From a virus (Duplodnaviria; Caudoviricetes), in IMG/VR virus record IMGVR_UViG_3300032180_000009, positions 1-50,554 of that record: a stretch of DNA of 50,554 bases; one strand, written 5' to 3'. Within the stretch, counting starts at the first letter, position 1. Every line of letters starts with the position of its first letter. Shown piece after piece: positions 26,901 to 35,914 of this stretch. Position numbers and translations under genes: made by a program. Below the pieces are notes generated by a model. It had not been told where the DNA came from. It did not search any database and was given only the letters and a program-made list of their open reading frames with translations.

Positions 26901-29667
26901 ACAGAACCTTGTTCATGAGGAGACACTGTACTACGGTCAGAAGATCGGCCAAGCCCCTGCCACTCGAGAGAACATCCTCACCGCGGTGAAGGCTGAGTTT
27001 GGGAAGTCCACGGTTGGGACGGTGTCCTCCGATCGGCTAATGCGCAAGGTCGGTCAACAGGGCCGGGCCATCGAGGCCGCTCACCTGAAAGAAGACTGGG
27101 CCACTGCGTTCCGCCTTGCCCAGCAGCGGGAGTACACCCTGGCCGTGGCCCAAGAAGCCATGAAGGTCGAACGCGATCAAGCCAAGTTCAACAAAACCAT
27201 CAAGCCTATGGCGAAGCAGTGGGACCCCACGAAGAAGCAATCCATCGCGGCGGATTGGAACATTTACATGCGGGATATACTGTCTCGAGTGGAGCGGCCG
27301 TATGGGATGTCGGTGCAGGGGCTGGCGAAGGCCATTGGGGAATCGGGCTACGACGGGCTTAAGGACTTCATTGAAACAAAGGAACGGGACAACGCAATTC
27401 AAGGGCTCAACATTCCAGTTGCGGACTATCTACTCGATCCCCAGTTCCACAAGCCCTTTGGTGATCTTACCGTTGATGAATTTCGAGGGCTCAAGCAATC
27501 CATTGACAGTCTCCGACACCTCGGAAGAGAGGAACAACGAATTGAGGTGGCTGGGGAGAAGCAAGACCGGAAAGACTGGTTAAGCAAGTCCCATGATCAG
27601 ATCGCGCAGAAGTTTCCAGCCGTCAAGGTCATCACCAAAGCTGGCGCGGCCCGAACCTATCTCGCTGCCTTGACCAACCTCGAGACCCTCTTCGGCCGGT
27701 TCGATGGCCGAGATCCCCGAGGGCTGTTCACCAAGTTCTTCATCTATCCCGGAATGGAAGCAGGCTCCTACAAGACCCGCCTTGAGAAGGACTTCGCTTC
27801 AGTGGCCGCAGACCTTGGCAAGATCAAAGACCCCAAGAAGGCCCTAGACTCGCCCTTCGTCGATCCGCACAACGGCGAGAAGATTCCCTTCACCCGGAAT
27901 AACCTCGAAGCCGTCCTTGCCAACATGGGCAACCCATACAACATCCGAGTCCTTACCGAAGGTTGGAAGATCAACAAAGACGCCTTGTGGAAGTGGCTGG
28001 AGATGGTAACCACCTCCGAAGACTGGGATCGGGCTCAGGCCCGAGGGGATATGTTTTCCAAGGCCAAGGGGATGTCAGATACGGTGTATCAGCAGATGTA
28101 TGGGGTGGCGCCTGAGGACATTCAGGTGGCACCGTTTACCATCCATGGAAAGACCTACCCTGGGTATTATCATCCGATTGATTATGATCCGCTGAGGTCG
28201 CGGTTGTCGAAGATTCAATCTAGCGATCCTTCCAAACCCAAGTTCGATTCCTTTTGGCCCTCGCCATCCAATGCCTACACCAAGCGCCGTTCGGGCAACA
28301 TCGATGTGATAAACCTCGATCCAGATATGATCCCGATTAAGCTCAATCAGATCCTTCATGACATTGCCTTTCGGCAGTTCGTTGCCAACACGGCTAAGAT
28401 CACTCGAGACAATGGCTTCCGTCGGGACATCTCCTATCACTATGGCCCGGAGTATGTGGAGGCCATCGACAAGTGGCTGGAGCGGATTGCAGGGAATGCC
28501 AGTTACAACTCCGATGCCATGGCCCTTGCATCCAAGATCTCCAACCGACTCCGTCAGAATGTAGTCTCGACCTATATTGCCTTTGGCCTCACCACCATCG
28601 AAAAGCATGGGCCCACAGCGGCATTGATGTCGGCGAAGGAAGTTGGCAACGCCGCGAAGTTCGCCAGAGTGTCGGCTGAGGTCGGTGCCAGCCACTTCTC
28701 CAATGCCATGCTTGACCTCTTCGGCCGTGACCCTGACCTTGGCAATAGCTTGTGGAAGCACGCGGTGGACTCCAGTGAAGAACTCCAACAACGCGATCGG
28801 AACTTCCTCAACACTGTGATGGGCCAACATGACATCCTCACAGGTAAGTCTACCCTTCGGAACAAGGTGGCTGAGATTGGATCCAAGGGCGTGGCGTTTA
28901 GCGATATGCTCTCCGCGGTGCCGCTGTGGGTAGCCAAGTATCGTGAGGCCCTGGAAGAAAACCCCGATCATGGTGAAGCCACATACATAGCCAACCGCGC
29001 GGTGAGGCGGGCACACGGATCGACCAATGTGGTTAACCAACCCATGATTGTCTCCACCAACGGCGTCTTGGCTCCATGGCTCACCTCGATCTACGGGTTC
29101 TTCGGCACCAACATGCAACGCCGGATTGAGATTGCACATGATGTTAACGATGCCTACAAGCTTGGGCGACAAGGTGATATCAGTGGCGCAGCCAAGATGG
29201 CACCCCAGATAGTGTCCTCACTGTTTACGTATGTGATTTGGCCAGGGCTTGTTGAAGAGTGGGTCACTGGTCAGTTCACCGATGACGAACGCGGATGGGG
29301 AACCCATGCACTGAGCTTTGCCCTAGGGACCGCCGCCTCAACCTTCATCGGCCTTCGGGATATGGTCTATGGCCTCACACACGGCCGGGACCCGCAGGTA
29401 GGATTGCTGGGGTCCCCCCTCGACGATGTGAAGCGCCTCGTTGGCGATGCCACTAAACACCGCCCGGTGGACAAACAAAACGCAGGTAAGCTCGTTCAAG
29501 ACGCCATCACTGTCTTCGGTGATGCCACTGGCATGGGGCCAAAGCACATCGGCACCGCCGTTCGCTATGGCATGGACGTCTACAACGACATTCAACGACC
29601 AAAGACCGTGGGGGATATCTTCCGTGGGGTTGTGTCCGGCAAGCAAAGCAAACATGTGGAGAAATAA
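23971..29667 (+). CDS. Large internal virion/DNA-ejection protein (1898 aa, multidomain)
   Basis: Size and position as T7 gp16 analogue; contains HEAIHH...EEAIAE zincin-like motif. Confidence 0.8.
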   Translation: MVDATDIVTGLAQSRNEALPQVVGNIDEDPDRAQRAYDLAKITGTPATSIYGDLDEFERNTKAKVASDIVANNPHLSTFVQSNPMVPKIFANSYGVLDEVSSKISAMSLPVRKGFNIGVGSGKLGDWTGVDWEDPAFQAEHPNQSMVAALATGVTDPFEAAMRMMSGGVYGTAYGLAAAYKSIVGKDSPIDPDDLAQAVQDPATMATLGPLGEMAGAALSHNAHLAKAIPWIEHDRLPPPTVLPELDKFREDQNAKDIERLLDATKAAAGVPERTTSPDLYRQFIADHTDAEISVSGDAVAALYGDKLPLPDDNLLGWVPGIEDKVAAARASGDDVHIPLADWLTHIPDLPDVMKALEDDIRVRPEGITKNEAELAKEAKEAQPESTPDTTPLPDTVSAVRAASALEPMLSIGDRKLEIQRMKDTGSSQFGQAQGFHDFHLVDEKGNVVGSLNLSEQKGGKELYIDMINGVNGLGPRDFGPALMRDLFRQLRAAFPNAETLGGHRVSGARDRFNTYNEPHAMWHLPMDKLDRADSAADFRQILEDGQWETFSPTTQAYIKPDFAYSEQSRALIQTVNDELSRIAPKKVSGGAVESIKVDAKGIAGQRAGEDIQAAGIYMRYREGYPIILAALDGQDALGSLRHEAIHHLRQYGFFKPEEWTGLQAAALQRDAEGKNWLDRYNIDKLYPTGNLELKLEEAIAERYKDWVRDGRIDDMTASEVGVFQRLKQLFDAIKERISQMLGKPATWEDIFKKVDTGEIGSREGTTPIDPRSFDEKLSVPPEGGSRSFERAQTLGTTDTAFRAYDKRLQERHADDVAKSTERAERQKSRQLTTEWKSNRVDVRKEVSDGIRNRPDVAADLFLAGDGLYGRQRGMAYKLDADALTAKQKAMLPPEYYGKDGLHPDDVARMFGYGSGDTMVDKLSAYNVTRRMANMSSKDFVARVIDIETDRQMKLRYGNLDENIMDSVKEQVAGETQQNLVHEETLYYGQKIGQAPATRENILTAVKAEFGKSTVGTVSSDRLMRKVGQQGRAIEAAHLKEDWATAFRLAQQREYTLAVAQEAMKVERDQAKFNKTIKPMAKQWDPTKKQSIAADWNIYMRDILSRVERPYGMSVQGLAKAIGESGYDGLKDFIETKERDNAIQGLNIPVADYLLDPQFHKPFGDLTVDEFRGLKQSIDSLRHLGREEQRIEVAGEKQDRKDWLSKSHDQIAQKFPAVKVITKAGAARTYLAALTNLETLFGRFDGRDPRGLFTKFFIYPGMEAGSYKTRLEKDFASVAADLGKIKDPKKALDSPFVDPHNGEKIPFTRNNLEAVLANMGNPYNIRVLTEGWKINKDALWKWLEMVTTSEDWDRAQARGDMFSKAKGMSDTVYQQMYGVAPEDIQVAPFTIHGKTYPGYYHPIDYDPLRSRLSKIQSSDPSKPKFDSFWPSPSNAYTKRRSGNIDVINLDPDMIPIKLNQILHDIAFRQFVANTAKITRDNGFRRDISYHYGPEYVEAIDKWLERIAGNASYNSDAMALASKISNRLRQNVVSTYIAFGLTTIEKHGPTAALMSAKEVGNAAKFARVSAEVGASHFSNAMLDLFGRDPDLGNSLWKHAVDSSEELQQRDRNFLNTVMGQHDILTGKSTLRNKVAEIGSKGVAFSDMLSAVPLWVAKYREALEENPDHGEATYIANRAVRRAHGSTNVVNQPMIVSTNGVLAPWLTSIYGFFGTNMQRRIEIAHDVNDAYKLGRQGDISGAAKMAPQIVSSLFTYVIWPGLVEEWVTGQFTDDERGWGTHALSFALGTAASTFIGLRDMVYGLTHGRDPQVGLLGSPLDDVKRLVGDATKHRPVDKQNAGKLVQDAITVFGDATGMGPKHIGTAVRYGMDVYNDIQRPKTVGDIFRGVVSGKQSKHVEK

Positions 29668-29670
29668 CTA

Positions 29671-30315
29671 ATGATTGACCAAATGATCACCCTTGCGCCA
29701 TGGTTCGTGGTGTTGGTTGTGTACGTAGGTGAGAAGATCCAACAGATCATTCAAGCCCGGTCGCTGAACGCAGCGCTTGAGCGCGCACAGGGTGCAGTGC
29801 ATTCAACCATTGCGCCGGCACCACAACCTGAGCCACAGCAGCCACCGAAGCCAGTGGCTGCTCCCACTCCGCACATCTCCACCCAACCTGTCGATGTTGT
29901 CGATCAAGGTCTCGTAGACTTCATCAAGAAGGAAGAAGGCTTTACAGCCCGAGCCATGTGGGACTACAAGCAATACTCCATTGGTTATGGCACAAAGGCC
30001 AACTCAGCCACCGAGGTCATAACCGCGGCCGAAGCCGAAGCCCGACTCACGGTTGAGATCGACAAGGCCTGGAAACTGGTGGAGCCAATCCTGCCTGAGG
30101 GTACCCCCATTGGCATTAAGCAGGCCCTACTTGACCTGACCTACAACGCCGGTCCTGGGTGGGAACATGAGTCCTTAGGCGCTGCGGTTAAGACCGCCAA
30201 ATGGGACACAGTGAAAGCAGACATCCTTCGGTATAACCACGCTGGAGGGGCGGTAAACGCTGGGCTCACCGCCCGTCGTGAAGCCGAAGTATCGTGGTTC
30301 GACAACCCCTTGTGA
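29671..30315 (+). CDS. Endolysin, GH24 phage lysozyme with N-terminal hydrophobic segment
   Basis: IKKEEGF....WD....SIGYGT catalytic region, ALLDLTYNAG, GLTARREAE. Confidence 0.9.
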   Translation: MIDQMITLAPWFVVLVVYVGEKIQQIIQARSLNAALERAQGAVHSTIAPAPQPEPQQPPKPVAAPTPHISTQPVDVVDQGLVDFIKKEEGFTARAMWDYKQYSIGYGTKANSATEVITAAEAEARLTVEIDKAWKLVEPILPEGTPIGIKQALLDLTYNAGPGWEHESLGAAVKTAKWDTVKADILRYNHAGGAVNAGLTARREAEVSWFDNPL

Positions 30316-30322
30316 GGACATT

Positions 30323-30676
30323 ATGACTGAAGCCACTACCGTTACTACCTCTGCCACGTCTGGCATTGCGTCTGCCGCAGCCACTGCTGAAAAGGTCGTT
30401 GAGGCCATTGCCAAAGTTGAAGGCCCCATCCTAACCGGTGTTTCGATCTTCGTCCCCGGCGCCGCTGCGATCACTGTTCCGTTGGAGACCATTCTGCCGC
30501 TGATCATCCCCGACATCGAACGGGCCCTCAACGACATCTCCAAAGGATCCTATTCGGATATCTTCACGGTTGCCCGGGAGTTCGTGCAGCACATCTCCAA
30601 GGGCCTGCCGAACTCACCGATCTTGTCAAAGATTGAGGCCGCTACCAAGGCTGTTGGCCCAATCACAGCAGGCTAA
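30323..30676 (+). CDS. Hypothetical lysis-region protein
   Basis: RBS GAGGA; amphipathic/hydrophobic core. Confidence 0.65.
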   Translation: MTEATTVTTSATSGIASAAATAEKVVEAIAKVEGPILTGVSIFVPGAAAITVPLETILPLIIPDIERALNDISKGSYSDIFTVAREFVQHISKGLPNSPILSKIEAATKAVGPITAG

Positions 30677-30687
30677 GGACTACTCCG

Positions 30688-31194
30688 ATGGCGGATGCAG
30701 TGATCAGACTTCGCTTTGTCCGCCATCGGGGCTTTGCTTGTGGCGCTATTGTGTGGAGGTCGGGGATGGTGGGGATGCCGTTTATCCCCACCCATGTGGA
30801 ATGTGTGACGCCGGAATGGACTTGTGTTGGGCAGTTTGGTTATGGTGGGATGCAAGAACGGCCGATGGGATATGATCTGAAGGAGATTTACATAGATCGC
30901 AACTACGGTCCGTGTGCCATCATAGTGAAGTTGCCGGTCACTCAAACACAGGCATGTGAGTTCTACACCTCGGCTCGTGCAGACATCGGCGAGCCCTATG
31001 ATTGGTCTGCCCCATGGGGGTTTCTATTCCCTGGGCACCATCATAGGAAATACCACTCTGTTTGTTCCTCGAAGATGTTCCTATTGCTGCGTAAGGTTGG
31101 TTACTTCCGCTGGCCTATCACGGTGCCCGCTCACCTTGTTGACCCCCGAGACCTTATGATGATTCTTTCGACCCACGTGGAGATCCCACATTGA
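30688..31194 (+). CDS. Permuted papain-like (NlpC/P60, YiiX/YebB-like) amidase
   Basis: THVE (His first)...IGEPYDW...VCS (Cys second), P..L C-terminal motif. Confidence 0.75.
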   Translation: MADAVIRLRFVRHRGFACGAIVWRSGMVGMPFIPTHVECVTPEWTCVGQFGYGGMQERPMGYDLKEIYIDRNYGPCAIIVKLPVTQTQACEFYTSARADIGEPYDWSAPWGFLFPGHHHRKYHSVCSSKMFLLLRKVGYFRWPITVPAHLVDPRDLMMILSTHVEIPH

Positions 31195-31197
31195 GGA

Positions 31198-31497
31198 ATG
31201 GAAATGGCCAATGACTTCTATGGGCTCAACTTAAAAGAAATCGCCATAGGCATCCAAGGGGCGTTCTCTGGAGTATTTATCCTACGACGGAAGAAGCTCT
31301 GGGATGTACTAGGCACCATCTTCGTTGGCGCTGTCACTGCCAATTACGTTGGTCCGGCACTGGCACGGTATTTAAACCTAACCGATTATCATGACCTGAT
31401 TGTTTATTTTTGTGGGTTAGGGGGTTGGACCGTTTGCCTAGGTGTGTTGAAATGGTTCGACCTTTATTCAAGACCGTATGAAAGGTCCAAGGAATGA
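31198..31497 (+). CDS. Putative holin
   Basis: 99 aa, 2-3 TM segments, charged C-terminus, possible dual start (MEM), in lysis cassette. Confidence 0.6.
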   Translation: MEMANDFYGLNLKEIAIGIQGAFSGVFILRRKKLWDVLGTIFVGAVTANYVGPALARYLNLTDYHDLIVYFCGLGGWTVCLGVLKWFDLYSRPYERSKE

Positions 31498-31814
31498 ACT
31501 TGTATGCTTGGATTGATTTAGCTGGAGTGGTTGTGGTGCTGGTTGTAATGACGCTAACGGAGCATGACGAGATCAATCGTGTAGCGCCAATTTGGCTTCA
31601 ATGGCTGCGCAGAGCGTCGCTGGGGTCGTTGGTGTTTTTGCTGTGCAACGCCATTCGGCAGGAGGGGTCTGAGATGTCCCTACGATTGCTTGAGTGGGAT
31701 GGGATTGCGGTGATGGTTATCAATGCTGTGGCACTGACCCTTCGCAAGACCCCAGACGAGAATGGCAGTCGAGTGCCGGCACCAAATGCAGCCAAGGAAA
31801 GACAACGGCAATGA
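31494..31814 (+). CDS. Membrane protein (3 TM), lysis cassette
   Basis: ATGA coupling; three hydrophobic stretches. Confidence 0.6.
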   Translation: MNLYAWIDLAGVVVVLVVMTLTEHDEINRVAPIWLQWLRRASLGSLVFLLCNAIRQEGSEMSLRLLEWDGIAVMVINAVALTLRKTPDENGSRVPAPNAAKERQRQ

Positions 31815-32020
31815 ATGGTTGGATGGATACTGTACTTCGAATCATGACTGCTGTGGCTGCTCTTGGTGCAGTGATCATGAGTATCATCAATTCGTTTAAG
31901 ATCCGCGAGGTTCATGTGTCAATCAATAGCCGCATGGACCAGTTGCTGGAGCAGAAGGGCCTGGCGGCTAAAGCTGAAGGGGCAGCCGAAGAACGTGCGT
32001 TTAGGGGCGAACAGCCTTAA
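31811..32020 (+). CDS. Single-TM membrane protein with short coiled coil
   Basis: ATGA coupling; TM followed by VHVSINSRMDQLL. Confidence 0.6.
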   Translation: MNGWMDTVLRIMTAVAALGAVIMSIINSFKIREVHVSINSRMDQLLEQKGLAAKAEGAAEERAFRGEQP

Positions 32021-33296
32021 ACCACCTCTGCCCGAACTTGTCGATGCCTTTAGCAGTGATCTGCCCCGACGCCACCATAACCTCAATAACCCGGAGGATG
32101 GAGTGCATCGGGATTCGGGTTCTGGCAAAGTTCACGATCTGATGTTCCGGCAGCCCCTGGCCCTTGTCTAAGGCGTGGATGAAGTGGACGATTTCGTCGA
32201 CGGCTCGGGCATCGGTGCCATTCGATCCCGAGGTGAAAATATCCGGCATAGTGGACTCTGCTTCGAGTAGCCAACCCATAGCCCGATTGAAATCCTCCTT
32301 CGTGAGGAGAAGTACGTCACCTCGGTCCGCAGCAGCCACCATCGCAAGCTTATACAAGTGTACGCGCCTTCGCGTTTTATAGTGTAGAAGCTTTGGGTGG
32401 CTGACACTAGGGGGCTCACCCAACGCCCGCCAATTGTTAACCGCATCACGAAAGTCCGCGGTGACCTTGAACTCCCCACAGAGCGCTCCTATCATTTTAA
32501 TGTCATGAACCAAATCATCATTGGGTCGGACTTCCTTCTCCGCGAAGTCATCCCCGATTATGCGTTCGTCCGAATTGATAAGCATAATCCTTGAGGTAAA
32601 CCCTTGGTCCCATGCGAACTCCGGCATCATAGAAAGTAGATTAGATGGGGTTGTAGCGGAGATGAGATTCACCTGCCCGCGGGAGATCTTGACCTTGTTC
32701 TCCGGCCGCCCGCGGCGTTCTTCTTCGTATGGGTCGGGGTCGTAGAAGTGTGACAGAAGGCTGACCATCTGCGCGGTATATTCATGCATGAACGCACCAA
32801 GCTCTTCAGCAGTGATCACGGTGTTGTAGTACTCAAGGGGTGGGTCTGGGAGCCTAGGGATGAAGCGCTTGGACGCAGCGATCTTATCTACAAGGCTAGC
32901 GCCGGTCACTGAGGTTGGAGCAAAGTGGAACTCAGGTAACTCTGCCATGAACTTCTTTGCTGCTCGGATGATGCGGGTCTTGCCTACCCCTGGGTGTCCG
33001 ATGATGAACACATACATGTTGGGATAGAGCAACGACCCGGCTGACACCATTCCACACTTCATCTCCATGGCAGCGGCTATGGTGAAGATGGCCGCCCACT
33101 TCCGAAACAGCGCCGGGCTCTCCAGATTATCGGTATGCTCGGCGAACGACTCTATCCAAGATGGACACTTCCTCTTGCCGGGTCCTCGAGTCGTGGCCAG
33201 TGTAGTCTCTGAGCCCTTCGGGGTTCGTTGATGCATCATATTCGCCTTTGTTCCAGCCCACCTTGCAGTCATAGGGAATGGCCAACTCCCGGCCAT
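32001..33296 (-). CDS. DUF3987/YfjI-type P-loop ATPase (putative replicative helicase); true start probably downstream of 33296
   Basis: YPNMYVFIIGHPGVGKT Walker A, AEELG, LISATTP, GFTSR; adjacent to PolA. Confidence 0.75.
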   Translation of the reverse strand: MAGSWPFPMTARWAGTKANMMHQRTPKGSETTLATTRGPGKRKCPSWIESFAEHTDNLESPALFRKWAAIFTIAAAMEMKCGMVSAGSLLYPNMYVFIIGHPGVGKTRIIRAAKKFMAELPEFHFAPTSVTGASLVDKIAASKRFIPRLPDPPLEYYNTVITAEELGAFMHEYTAQMVSLLSHFYDPDPYEEERRGRPENKVKISRGQVNLISATTPSNLLSMMPEFAWDQGFTSRIMLINSDERIIGDDFAEKEVRPNDDLVHDIKMIGALCGEFKVTADFRDAVNNWRALGEPPSVSHPKLLHYKTRRRVHLYKLAMVAAADRGDVLLLTKEDFNRAMGWLLEAESTMPDIFTSGSNGTDARAVDEIVHFIHALDKGQGLPEHQIVNFARTRIPMHSILRVIEVMVASGQITAKGIDKFGQRWFKAVRP

Positions 33297-34632
33297 GCTT
33301 CAGTGGTATCCGCACCACTAAGTCGTTCATGATTCTGGGGATGATTTCGTCTTCAAGGTTTTCTGGGTACTGGAATGTGAGGGCGTCGTGTTCGTGCATC
33401 ATCAGGGTGGTGTAGTTCTGGCGCCAGATATGGAGCATGGCGCGGTTTACGATGTCGGCTAGGGAGCCTTGTGGATCATAGGCAATGGCTTCACGGAGGA
33501 CATCAGGATCGTTGCGCCTTCCCATGAACCATCGTTTGCGCCCAGTGATAGTAACAAGGTAGCCAATTCGTCGGAGAGTGGAATCAACACTCTGCTGCCA
33601 TTGCTGATGTGCAGGAAAAGCTTTGAAGTATTTTGGTTGGAAGGCGATGACGACATCGATGGGGAGTCGGCTTTGCTTAGCGAGGGTGTTGGGTTGACCT
33701 CCATAGTTCGAGCCATGTCCGAGCTTTTTGCACATGAAACGGTAAGAGTAATGTCGATAGTATGGCTGTTCTGCGATATGCTTATCCTGTTTGAGTATTC
33801 CTGTCCAAGGTAATTCTGGCCAGCAAATTCGCGCAACAGCTGTGTGAGGGTCTCCAGATTCGCAAGCTTCGAGGTATCTTGGGTCATTGAACAGGTTCCA
33901 TTCTATTGCGCCAACCACAAATGATTCACCCGACTTCGCGTCGCACTTCGCAAACTTCATCCCCCGATCGGCGATGAATATGCTTCTAAGACTTTCCTCC
34001 ACATTCTGAAGATTGCCGCCTGTTCCAAAAGCGCTGAAGCTAGAACTAAAGCGACCAGTTGAAGTTCCGGCGATGTTGTATGACGTTCGGATTCGGCCAT
34101 CGGGGTCTACCTCTGTTTTGAGCTTTTTGATCTTCTCAGCAAGGTCAGCGATTGCGTTCATATGAGTAATGATTGGCTTCGCAATCGTATACTGTTCCAT
34201 CTTCTCCCGGGCGGCGCGGTCGGTTGTGGGGCGGCCTTTGTTCTTGATGGGTGGAATGCCCAAGCGGTCGTAAAAGAGGGCCATCCGGTCCGGCGGACTG
34301 CGCCAGTTGAACCCTGGCATGCCCACGCCCTCGAGAACGATACGGCTTAGGTTTCGTTCGAGGTGGTCGATTTTGTCGTAGAAGTCGTCGATGACTTCAC
34401 CAAGTCTTCCACGATCCACACGTACTCCCCGCAATGACATTTCGAGCGCTGGAGCCTGGAGTTCTCGGCTAAAGTCATATGTTGCACTGGTATAGCTATC
34501 CAGTTGGGGCAGCATTCCATCTAGGGCCATCCTTGTTGCTAGGACATCGGTTCCGTTGTAAACCATGTCCAAAGACCATTGATCGGGTAGATCTTCGGGC
34601 ATGGTAATGGCGGTGTTGATTATGTAGGCCAT
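33127..34632 (-). CDS. polA: Family A DNA polymerase, C-terminal part (ExoIII plus polymerase domain)
   Basis: GTSTGRFSSS, NLQN, motif A CDAKSGES, motif B RFMCKKLGHGSNYG, motif C HEHDAL; N-terminal YNGTD ExoIII. Confidence 0.92.
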   Translation of the reverse strand: MAYIINTAITMPEDLPDQWSLDMVYNGTDVLATRMALDGMLPQLDSYTSATYDFSRELQAPALEMSLRGVRVDRGRLGEVIDDFYDKIDHLERNLSRIVLEGVGMPGFNWRSPPDRMALFYDRLGIPPIKNKGRPTTDRAAREKMEQYTIAKPIITHMNAIADLAEKIKKLKTEVDPDGRIRTSYNIAGTSTGRFSSSFSAFGTGGNLQNVEESLRSIFIADRGMKFAKCDAKSGESFVVGAIEWNLFNDPRYLEACESGDPHTAVARICWPELPWTGILKQDKHIAEQPYYRHYSYRFMCKKLGHGSNYGGQPNTLAKQSRLPIDVVIAFQPKYFKAFPAHQQWQQSVDSTLRRIGYLVTITGRKRWFMGRRNDPDVLREAIAYDPQGSLADIVNRAMLHIWRQNYTTLMMHEHDALTFQYPENLEDEIIPRIMNDLVVRIPLKHGRELAIPYDCKVGWNKGEYDASTNPEGLRDYTGHDSRTRQEEVSILDRVVRRAYR

Positions 34633-34805
34633 CAGGCAACTGGGAAGTCTGCAAGGCCACTAGCCAATTCGGCCATGCGCATACAAGTCTTTACCAACAC
34701 ATGTTGTTTGCTAGGTTTGATTCCGCCATCAGTTATGGCCGAGACTATGATTGCGGCATGATACGCAATCAAGGCTTGAACTTCTGCTGCGTCTTCAAGT
34801 TTCAC
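34632..34805 (-). CDS. 57-aa hypothetical protein between the two polymerase halves (MKLEDAAEVQ...)
   Basis: Read from sequence; GTGA overlap with upstream stop and TGATG overlap with polA start. Confidence 0.6.
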   Translation of the reverse strand: MKLEDAAEVQALIAYHAAIIVSAITDGGIKPSKQHVLVKTCMRMAELASGLADFPVA

Positions 34806-35914
34806 TTATCTCTCCCAATGGTTTCGAGCTTCCGGTTCGACTTCCACGGCCCAAAGTCAGTGTAGATGGAGCCGAGGTACCCTAGGCCCTTGAGGGATTC
34901 GGGTTGTAGTGCATGGCTGAGGAGCATGGTATCATGTTGAGCGTTCACAACTCTGATTCCGTATCCTTTCCAAAGTCTGGCAATGTCGAAGAGTCCATTC
35001 TGGAACAGTTTTGCAATCCTTGAGTCAGCAAGAACGTTTGCAATAATGTACCAAGCTTGGAGTTCATCTTCTCGAGTAAGCCAATAGTTTCCATCCGGTC
35101 TTCGTTCGTCATCGAAAGGAATAACGATTGCCCGTATTGCATCAACTGCGAACCCGATGCAGGTAATTCTCGTTCCAGCTGTCTCAATGTCAACTGAAAG
35201 GAGGTTGCAGCAAGCTTCGTATATGTAGCGTCGGATAAAGACACGGATATCCTCCAAAGTTGGTTCAATCCAAATCTCACACGCCGGTCGGCGAACATCT
35301 GGAAAGGCGTTCTCCCGACCGGCCTTTGCGAGATCAATACACGTAGTCGGCCTCAACTCCCACTGCCTCAACACCGCCGCTGGGTGATAGGTCGGCATGA
35401 GTTTGAAGCCAGATACAAGATGCGTTGTGAGTGTGGTGGTGCCACGGAGTTTCGATACGCCCGTGCGGCCGCATAGAGCCCAAAGAGCAGTATTGCCCAG
35501 AGCAACAATGAGATTAGGATCGCAGGCAAGAATTTCATCCCCAAGTCGGTCCAACTCCGATTGATACCCGGCTTGGACATATTTGCTTGGCAGGAGCGGA
35601 GGATATCCTGGGATTCGGTTTTCTTTAGGGCCACAGAACCACTCCAATCGATTAGCGGGGGGATGGATGTTGAAGACATTGGTGCGGTAGAACTCGTCAC
35701 GATGTAGTGCCCATATCGACGCCACCGAATTCGGGTCGCCGCGGGAGTAGAAGTCGGAGATGTACTGTCGGTCGATGGAGGTAAGGGTGAGTTGTCCAGC
35801 ATCTTGGAGCATCCTTAAGAGTTCGAGGCCGGAGTGGCCACAGAATGGGGTTGAGATGCGAGCTTCGTTCTCGCCCCAGGCTTCACCGATGAGCATGAGG
35901 GGCTTCAAAAACAC
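34802..35914 (-). CDS. UDG-like domain plus 3'-5' exonuclease ExoI/II (N-terminal part of split DNA polymerase)
   Basis: IGEAWGENE..PFCG.SG, TNV, PTYHPAAVLR (family-4 UDG-like); SVDIET, FQNGLFDI, DTMLLSH exonuclease motifs. Confidence 0.85.
   Translation of the reverse strand: MFLKPLMLIGEAWGENEARISTPFCGHSGLELLRMLQDAGQLTLTSIDRQYISDFYSRGDPNSVASIWALHRDEFYRTNVFNIHPPANRLEWFCGPKENRIPGYPPLLPSKYVQAGYQSELDRLGDEILACDPNLIVALGNTALWALCGRTGVSKLRGTTTLTTHLVSGFKLMPTYHPAAVLRQWELRPTTCIDLAKAGRENAFPDVRRPACEIWIEPTLEDIRVFIRRYIYEACCNLLSVDIETAGTRITCIGFAVDAIRAIVIPFDDERRPDGNYWLTREDELQAWYIIANVLADSRIAKLFQNGLFDIARLWKGYGIRVVNAQHDTMLLSHALQPESLKGLGYLGSIYTDFGPWKSNRKLETIGRDK

Noticed and set aside
28075-29172. 365-aa antisense ORF, and similar long antisense ORFs such as 1517-2209, 42214-42978 and 47511-48245
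   Set aside because: Shadow ORFs opposite well-supported genes, expected from GC-rich codon bias; no motifs or RBS
34632-34805. Intron or intein interrupting the polymerase
   Set aside because: The interval is a short ORF with stop/start overlaps on both sides; no group I/II core or intein terminal motifs seen
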